Part shown: piece by piece, positions 5,294-10,774 of the stretch | Position numbering within the stretch: the stretch's first letter is position 1 | Layout of the letters: every line of letters starts with the position of its first letter | Assembly: GCA_031372565.1 (NCBI GenBank) | Contig: JANMLN010000029.1 | Location: 1-10,774 of the forward strand | Direction of reading: 5' to 3' | From: Gemmatimonadota bacterium | GTDB taxonomy: Bacteria; Gemmatimonadota; Gemmatimonadetes; Gemmatimonadales; Gemmatimonadaceae | Length of the DNA stretch: 10,774 bases | Position numbers and translations under genes: made by a program | The notes under the pieces: generated by a model | Seen by the model: only the letters and a program-made list of their open reading frames with translations | Database searches by the model: none | What the model was told of the DNA's origin: nothing

Positions 5294-7653
5294 TTGCCCG
5301 CCTTGCTGCCGTTCGGTCCGATCGTCCGCTCGAACAGCTCGAGGATGCGCCGGTACTCGTCGGTCCAGCTCGAGGGTCGCACGAAGCCGTGATCCTCCAC
5401 GGGGTAGGCCGCGAGTTCCCAGTTGATCTTGCCGAGTTCGATGAGACGCTGCGCCAGTCGCGCCGAGTCCTCGAAGTGCACGTTGACGTCGACCATGCCG
5501 TGCGCGATCAGCAGGGGATCTTCCAGCCCGTCGGCGAGGAAGATGGGCGACGAACGCCGGTAGGCGACCGAGTCGTCCTGCGGGAGGTTGAGGATCTGTC
5601 CCGTGTACGGATGGTTGTAATGCGCCCAGTCGGTCACGGGGCGGAGCGCCGCCCCGGCGCCGAACGACTTGGGTGCGGTGAACAGCGCCATCAGCGTGAT
5701 GAAGCCGCCGTAACTCCCACCGTACAATCCGATCCGTTCCGGCGGCACCCGGTAGGTGGCGGTGAGCCAGCGCGACGCGTCCACCTGGTCCTGCAGGTCG
5801 CGCCCACCCATCCAGCGGTAGATGGCGGTGCGCCAGTCCCGGCCATACCCCGCGCTCGCACGATAGTCGAGATCGAGCACGACGTACCCCTTCGACGCGA
5901 GCAGGTGATTGAACATGTACTCGCGGCTGTAGCTCGACCAATACCGGTGCACGTTGTGCATGTAGCCGGCGCCATGCACGAAGATCACGGCGGCGCCGTT
6001 GGGCGTGGCGCCCACATCCTCGGGACGATAGATCCGCGCCGGCACCTTGGCGCCGTCGCTCGCCGGGATCTCGATGATGCCCGGATCCAGCCATCCGTGT
6101 GCGAGCCACTCGGCCGTGGGCGATGTCGTGAGCTGCGCGGCAGGCGCCAGCTTGCACTTGGCGAGCGGCGGACAGACGCTCTGCACGAACAGTTCGGGCG
6201 GCCGGTTGGAGGACGAGAACACGTCGGCGAACCGCGTCTCGTCGGGACTCATCACCCCCGCGTGCGAGCCGACGCCCACCGTGAGCCGTTCACGCGCGCC
6301 GCCCGCGACCGCCATGCGATACCAGTGGCGCTCGTACGGCGAGCCCTCGCTCGTGTGCATCAGGAAGAAGCGCTTGTCCGGCGTGAGCTGCACGGTGTTC
6401 ACTTCGAATGCGCCGTCGGTGAGGGCGCGGCGATCGTTGCCGTCTGCGCCGACGGACCAGAGCTGCGCGTAGCCCGTGGCTTCGCTCACGAACCAGGCGC
6501 GCGTCCCGCCCGCGTACCAGCCGCCGCAGCCGCTGCACGGGCCTCCCACCCACGCGCTGTCCCGCAATTGGTCGAGCACGGCGGTGGTGCCGTTCACGTC
6601 CACGCGCGTGAGCAGACGGCGTTCGTAGTCGCGGCTCGTCGCGGTGACGAGCGCGCTCGAGCCCGTCTCGTTCCATCCGAGCGAGGTGACGAATGCCGGC
6701 GGCGTCGTGTCGCCACCCAGCACGGTGAGCCACTTCACGGTGCCGACAGGCAGCGTGATGAGTCCGACGCGCGCGACGGACTGGGCATCGCCCACCTTGG
6801 TGCGCGTGTCGATCTCTTCGGTGTAGCCCGAGCCCGTGACGTAGTTGGGCACCTGCGCCGACCGTGCGTCGCCCTGCGCGCGCGACGTCACGATGATGGC
6901 CGCGGTACCTGCTGGGCTCACGTCCAGCTGCGTGACGCGCTCACGCGATTGCAGCCAGACCGTGGCGGGGAGCAACGCCTCCACGCGCTGGCGTTCCGCC
7001 TTGCTGGTCGAATCGGCACGATCCTTGTCGCGAATCGCCTGCAGCAGCAGGCGCTGGTCCTTCTCGAGCGCCATGCGCTGGGTGGACCGCTTGTTGCTGG
7101 TGTCGGGCGCGGGGCCGGTGCGGACGTCGGTCAGTTGCACGACGCTCCCCGAACCGATGTCGATCGACCAGGCGTTCCCCTCGCGCGTGTAGTACACGCG
7201 CGCGCCATCCGCGCTCCACGCCGGGTTGCTCTCGAAGAGCAGTGTGCGCGACAGGCGACGGGCGACGCCACGCTTCGTGTCCACGAGGTAGAGGTCGCCG
7301 CGGAAGTCGACCACGCGCAGCTTCCGGTCTGGCGAGAGCGGGCCGTCGGTGATCAGCGGCCCCGCCGTGTCCATGTGCACCTCGCTCATGCGCTCGGGCG
7401 TCGCGCCAGCCCTCGCCTTCACGCGAAAGGCACCCAGTGGTTCACGCCAGTCGGCGCCGGGTGGGTTCCACTGGAAGTAGATCCACTCGCCGTCTGCGGT
7501 CCATCGCACGCGTTGCGGCTCGCGGCCGTAGAGCTCGGGACCGCGCATGATGTTGGCAACCGACAGGTCGAAGCGCGGCTGCGTTTGGGCGTCATGGGCC
7601 GCGCACGCCAGGAGCAGCGCGGCGAGGAAAATGCGAGCGAAGGTGCGTGACAT
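5290..7653 (-). CDS. S9 family (prolyl oligopeptidase / DPP-IV-like) serine peptidase, exported, 787 aa
   Basis: Signal peptide; N-terminal propeller repeats (NPAWSADG, LSPDRK); VHGAG, DYRASAGYG, GGSYGG (Ser), DVNV (Asp), EDHGF (His). Confidence 0.95.
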   Translation of the reverse strand: MSRTFARIFLAALLLACAAHDAQTQPRFDLSVANIMRGPELYGREPQRVRWTADGEWIYFQWNPPGADWREPLGAFRVKARAGATPERMSEVHMDTAGPLITDGPLSPDRKLRVVDFRGDLYLVDTKRGVARRLSRTLLFESNPAWSADGARVYYTREGNAWSIDIGSGSVVQLTDVRTGPAPDTSNKRSTQRMALEKDQRLLLQAIRDKDRADSTSKAERQRVEALLPATVWLQSRERVTQLDVSPAGTAAIIVTSRAQGDARSAQVPNYVTGSGYTEEIDTRTKVGDAQSVARVGLITLPVGTVKWLTVLGGDTTPPAFVTSLGWNETGSSALVTATSRDYERRLLTRVDVNGTTAVLDQLRDSAWVGGPCSGCGGWYAGGTRAWFVSEATGYAQLWSVGADGNDRRALTDGAFEVNTVQLTPDKRFFLMHTSEGSPYERHWYRMAVAGGARERLTVGVGSHAGVMSPDETRFADVFSSSNRPPELFVQSVCPPLAKCKLAPAAQLTTSPTAEWLAHGWLDPGIIEIPASDGAKVPARIYRPEDVGATPNGAAVIFVHGAGYMHNVHRYWSSYSREYMFNHLLASKGYVVLDLDYRASAGYGRDWRTAIYRWMGGRDLQDQVDASRWLTATYRVPPERIGLYGGSYGGFITLMALFTAPKSFGAGAALRPVTDWAHYNHPYTGQILNLPQDDSVAYRRSSPIFLADGLEDPLLIAHGMVDVNVHFEDSARLAQRLIELGKINWELAAYPVEDHGFVRPSSWTDEYRRILELFERTIGPNGSKAGK

Positions 7654-7665
7654 CAGGATGTCCGG

Positions 7666-9738
7666 TTAGTCGCCGGCCGCAAAGGCCGTGCGCGGCTGGA
7701 ACGGCACTTCGGAACTCACCGCGGGCTTGCCGCGGCCAAGCACCGCCCACCACTCCCACGCCGACGCGAGCAGGATCACGATCACGGAGAGGATGAAGAA
7801 GCCGGCCACGGCCGCATCCACGCGGTCATTGGCGATCACCCGCGCGGCATCGGCGGCCGTCTTGAGGCCGGCCGGCAACGTGCCCGCGTCCACCTTCGCC
7901 TGTACCATGGCGGCGTGCGACAGGAAGCCGAGCTTCGGATCGTCCGACAGCAGCTTGGTGAAGCCCGCCGTCATCGTCACGATCGTGAGCCAGCACATCG
8001 GGATGAGCGTGACGAACGCGTACTTCGCCTTCCCCATCTTGATGATGATCGTGGTCCCGACGCAGAGCGCGACGGTGGCGAGCAGCTGGTTGGCGATGCC
8101 GAACAGCGGCCACAGCGAATTGATGCCGCCGAGCGGATCGATCACTCCCTGATAGAGGAAATATCCCCACGCGCCGACGACCATCGCGCTCGTGAGCAGC
8201 ACGGCCGGATACCACGAGACACGGCCGAGCGGCGCCCACACGTGCTTGAGCAGGTCCTGCAGCATGAACCGCCCCACGCGCGTGCCGGCGTCGAGCGTGG
8301 TGAGGATGAACAGCGCCTCGAACATGATCGCGAAGTGGTACCAGAGCGCCATCGCGCTGGTGCCACCCAGGGCGCGCGAGAAGAGGTGCGCCATGCCGAC
8401 CGCAAGGGATGGCGCGCCACCCGTACGCGAGAGGATGCTCGTCTCACCGACGTTCTTGGCCAGCGCGTCCAGCTCGGCCGGGTTGATCGTGAACCCCCAC
8501 TGCTGAATGGCCGCTGCCGCGCTCTCGGTCGTGGTGCCGAGCAGCCCCGCAGGCGCGTTGATGGCGAAGTAGGTGCCGGGCGACAGCACGCAGGCGGCGA
8601 TCAGCGCCATGATCGCGACCCCCGACTCCATGAGCATCGCGCCGTAGCCGACCATGCGCGCGTCGGTCTCGCGCTCGAGCAGCTTCGGGGTCGTGCCGGA
8701 CGAGACGAGCGCGTGAAAGCCCGAGATCGCGCCGCAGGCAATCGTGATGAACACGAACGGGAACAGCTTGCCGGCGAACACCGGACCGCTGCCGTCGACG
8801 AAGCGCGTCACCGCCGGCATCTCGAGCGGCGGCAGCACCACGAGAATGCCGATCGCGAGCGCCACCACCACGCCGATCTTCACGAACGCGCTCAGGTAAT
8901 CACGCGGCGCGAGCAGCAACCACACGGGCAACACGGCGGCCACGAAGCCGTAGCCGATGACCATCAACGCGATGCTCGGCCCGTCGAAGGTGAAGATCGG
9001 CGCGAGGGCCGGATTCTCCGCGACCCAGCGCCCGGCGTACAGCGCGACCACCAGCAACACGAGCCCCATCGCACTCGCTTCGAGGACGCGATGCGGTCGG
9101 ATCCAGCGCAGGTACACCCCCATGAACAGCGCGATGGGAATCGTCAGGCCGATCGTGACGATCCCCCACGGACTCGCCTTGAGCGCGTTGACGACCACCA
9201 GCGCCAGCACCGCGATCAGGATCACCATGATGCCGATCACGGCCACGAGCGCCGTGTAGCCGGCCACCGTGCCGATCTCCTCCTTCGCCATGGCGCCGAG
9301 CGTCTTGCCGTCGCGCCGCAGCGACGAGCAGAGAATCACGCAGTCCTGCACGGCGCCGCCCAGCGCCACGCCGATGATGATCCAGAGCGCACCCGGCAGG
9401 TAGCCGAATTGGGCCGCGAGGGTCGGGCCGACCAGTGGGCCCGGGCCCGCGATCGCGGCAAAGTGGTGGCCAAAGACGATCCACCGGTTCGTCGGCACGT
9501 AGTCGCGCCCATCGTTGAGCCGTTCGGCGGGGGTCGCACGGTTGGCGTCCAGCGCGAAGATCTTGGTCGCGATGATCTTCGAATAGAAGCGATAGGCCAC
9601 CGCGTACGAACACATGGCGGCAACCAGGAGCCAGGCGGCGTTGATCGGTTCGCCGCGCCTGAGGGCGACCACCCCCAGCGCGCCGGCGCCCACGAGCGCG
9701 ATGATGGTCCAGGTCAGGATCGAGCGGATGCGGGCCAT
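7666..9738 (-). CDS. cstA: Carbon starvation protein A (CstA family transporter), 690 aa
   Basis: [65 protein letters not shown] and [13 protein letters not shown] motifs; many TM segments. ATG 9738 preferred over 9810. Confidence 0.97.
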   Translation of the reverse strand: MARIRSILTWTIIALVGAGALGVVALRRGEPINAAWLLVAAMCSYAVAYRFYSKIIATKIFALDANRATPAERLNDGRDYVPTNRWIVFGHHFAAIAGPGPLVGPTLAAQFGYLPGALWIIIGVALGGAVQDCVILCSSLRRDGKTLGAMAKEEIGTVAGYTALVAVIGIMVILIAVLALVVVNALKASPWGIVTIGLTIPIALFMGVYLRWIRPHRVLEASAMGLVLLVVALYAGRWVAENPALAPIFTFDGPSIALMVIGYGFVAAVLPVWLLLAPRDYLSAFVKIGVVVALAIGILVVLPPLEMPAVTRFVDGSGPVFAGKLFPFVFITIACGAISGFHALVSSGTTPKLLERETDARMVGYGAMLMESGVAIMALIAACVLSPGTYFAINAPAGLLGTTTESAAAAIQQWGFTINPAELDALAKNVGETSILSRTGGAPSLAVGMAHLFSRALGGTSAMALWYHFAIMFEALFILTTLDAGTRVGRFMLQDLLKHVWAPLGRVSWYPAVLLTSAMVVGAWGYFLYQGVIDPLGGINSLWPLFGIANQLLATVALCVGTTIIIKMGKAKYAFVTLIPMCWLTIVTMTAGFTKLLSDDPKLGFLSHAAMVQAKVDAGTLPAGLKTAADAARVIANDRVDAAVAGFFILSVIVILLASAWEWWAVLGRGKPAVSSEVPFQPRTAFAAGD

Positions 9739-9842
9739 GCGGGTCCGGAAGCCGGGGAAGAGGATCGCGCGCGGGAAAGCTGCTGCGCGTCGCCCACCGA
9801 GGTCAACCAACGGGGTGCTCGTCGACGCCCCGCTCCGTCTGA

Positions 9843-9976
9843 CAGGGTGCTGAAAAACTGGTTGAATCTCAGTTGGCGTCCGACGCGTGGGCGCGCATCA
9901 TGGCGCGACTCTCACCGCGAGTGCGCCGATGCGTGGTTCCGACGAGCGACAGGACGTCCTCTTCAGCTACCGATCG
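9843..9976 (+). mobile_element. IS5/IS1182-type element left-end remnant with first 16 transposase codons
   Basis: CAGGGTGCTGAAAAAC terminus at 9843; ATG 9929 reads MRGSDERQDVLFSYRS, matching the MRGxD...LFSY transposase start; frame stops at TAG 9995-9997. Confidence 0.75.
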
Positions 9977-9995
9977 GAAGAACCGGAACACTTCT
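9977..9995 (+). repeat. Possible IS3-type terminal IR remnant
   Basis: GAAGAACCGGAACACTTCT is 13/19 ungapped to 121-139 and ends in CACTTCT like 335-341; it lies exactly where transposase similarity breaks. Confidence 0.4.
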
Positions 9996-10076
9996 AGTGA
10001 ACGTTGACAACTCGCGCACCGATGCTCGCGAGGCAGCGGACCGGGGCCCAGACTCCACCGACCCCGATTGAATTTC

Positions 10077-10292
10077 CTATCGCGAATTCCGCTTCAGCCC
10101 CGCCAGCTTCGCCCGCTTCATCGGCGACTTCCGGAACGCCGCGCTGAACGCGTCCTGATCGAGCGCCAGGATGTCCGTCGCCAGCGTCACCGCGTCCTTC
10201 CCCGCAATGAACTCCCGCGCCCGGAACGGTGAATCGTCTACGAACTCCGTCCAGAACCTCACGTTCCACGGATACGCGATCTGGGAGATGTG
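10077..10292 (-). pseudogene. queG: Degenerate internal fragment of epoxyqueuosine reductase
   Basis: HISQIAYPWNVRF...FSAAFRKSPMKRAKLAGLKRN matches QueG DICQxVCPWN...FxxSPxKRxKxxGLxRN; Cys positions read TCC and TAT; truncated at both ends. Confidence 0.75.
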
Positions 10293-10345
10293 TCGGTATA
10301 ACCGTTTTGAGATTCCGCTCGGCACAGGCAACCGAACCAGAGCCA

Positions 10346-10374
10346 TTGCGCCACCGTCTCACGCGTGATACGAT
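10346..10374 (+). promoter_or_regulatory. vapBC promoter with overlapping palindromic operator
   Basis: TTGCGC (10346-10351), 17 nt, extended -10 TGnTACGAT (10366-10374); palindrome CGTCTCACGCGTGATACG at 10355-10372 with one mismatched pair. Confidence 0.7.
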
Positions 10375-10379
10375 CGGGT

Positions 10380-10628
10380 ATGGATAACATCTCCGTTCGT
10401 GAACTCCGCAACAACGGCGGCCGCGTCCTGCAGCGTGTCGCTGGCGGCGAGACGCTGACGGTCACGATGGATGGTCACCCCATCGCGGAACTCCGCCCGA
10501 TTCCGGGGCAGGGGCTCACCGCGGCCACGTTGCTGCAGCGGTGGCGCCGCTTGCCGCCTGTCGACGCGCAGCAGCTTCGGGCCGACCTGGATCGCGTGCT
10601 GGATGCGTCGCCGTGGTCCGTCGGGTGA
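10380..10628 (+). CDS. Phd/YefM (prevent-host-death) family antitoxin, VapB-type, 82 aa
   Basis: ISVRELRNNGGRVLQRVAGGETLTVTMDGHPIAELRP is a Phd-fold signature; GTGA overlap with the PIN toxin. Confidence 0.9.
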   Translation: MDNISVRELRNNGGRVLQRVAGGETLTVTMDGHPIAELRPIPGQGLTAATLLQRWRRLPPVDAQQLRADLDRVLDASPWSVG

Positions 10629-10774
10629 GGCATGCCCGGGGCATCCTCGACACGAGCACGGTCATCATGCTCGGTCGACTGGACGATCCCGCGGTGCTCC
10701 CCGATGAACCGTTGATCACGGCGATCACGCTCGCCGAGCTCACCGTCGGGCCCTTGGTCGCCACATCGGATCAG
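10625..10774 (+). CDS. vapC: PIN-domain VapC toxin, N-terminal 50 codons (runs off window)
   Basis: GTG start reads MRHARGILDTSTVIMLGRLDDPAVLPDEPLITAITLAELTVGPL, with PIN motifs LDTS and TLAEL. Not in the supplied ORF track. Confidence 0.9.
   Translation, partial: MRHARGILDTSTVIMLGRLDDPAVLPDEPLITAITLAELTVGPLVATSDQ

Noticed and set aside
5294..6157. N-terminal extension making YbdD 346 aa
   Set aside because: Alternative frame inside the peptidase; family similarity covers only the last 58 aa.
5389..7650. 753-aa plus-strand ORF
   Set aside because: Antisense shadow of the S9 peptidase; no recognisable motifs; expected in high-GC DNA.
10004..10009. TTGACA on the plus strand
   Set aside because: No -10-like hexamer at 16-18 nt and no gene directly downstream.
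7915..10071. 718-aa plus-strand ORF
   Set aside because: Antisense shadow of cstA, with implausible Arg/His/Asp-rich composition.

Overview
GC-rich bacterial window in three parts. (1) 5117-9738 (-) is a core-looking operon: carbon starvation protein CstA, an exported S9 prolyl-oligopeptidase/DPP-IV-like peptidase and a small YbdD/YjiX protein. (2) 1-5116 is an accessory patch that starts at the ybdD stop codon. It holds an IS3 element nested in another IS3, two diverged copies of a lipoprotein gene each apparently followed by IS5 (DUF4096) sequence, and between them a translationally coupled pair: a 682-aa lipoprotein alpha/beta-hydrolase and a PQQ/BamB-like beta-propeller lipoprotein. Three minus-strand genes end in TAG followed directly by the same motif (TAG|TGG[A/C][C/T]CG); in two cases this extends to a 67-bp ungapped repeat with 55/67 identity. 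This suggests a stop-codon-anchored, cassette-like mobile module, the most interesting signal here. (3) 9843-10774 contains an IS5/IS1182 left-end scar, a degenerate internal queG fragment and a probably leaderless vapBC toxin-antitoxin operon running off the window. All family calls come from motif recognition by eye; no searches were run.
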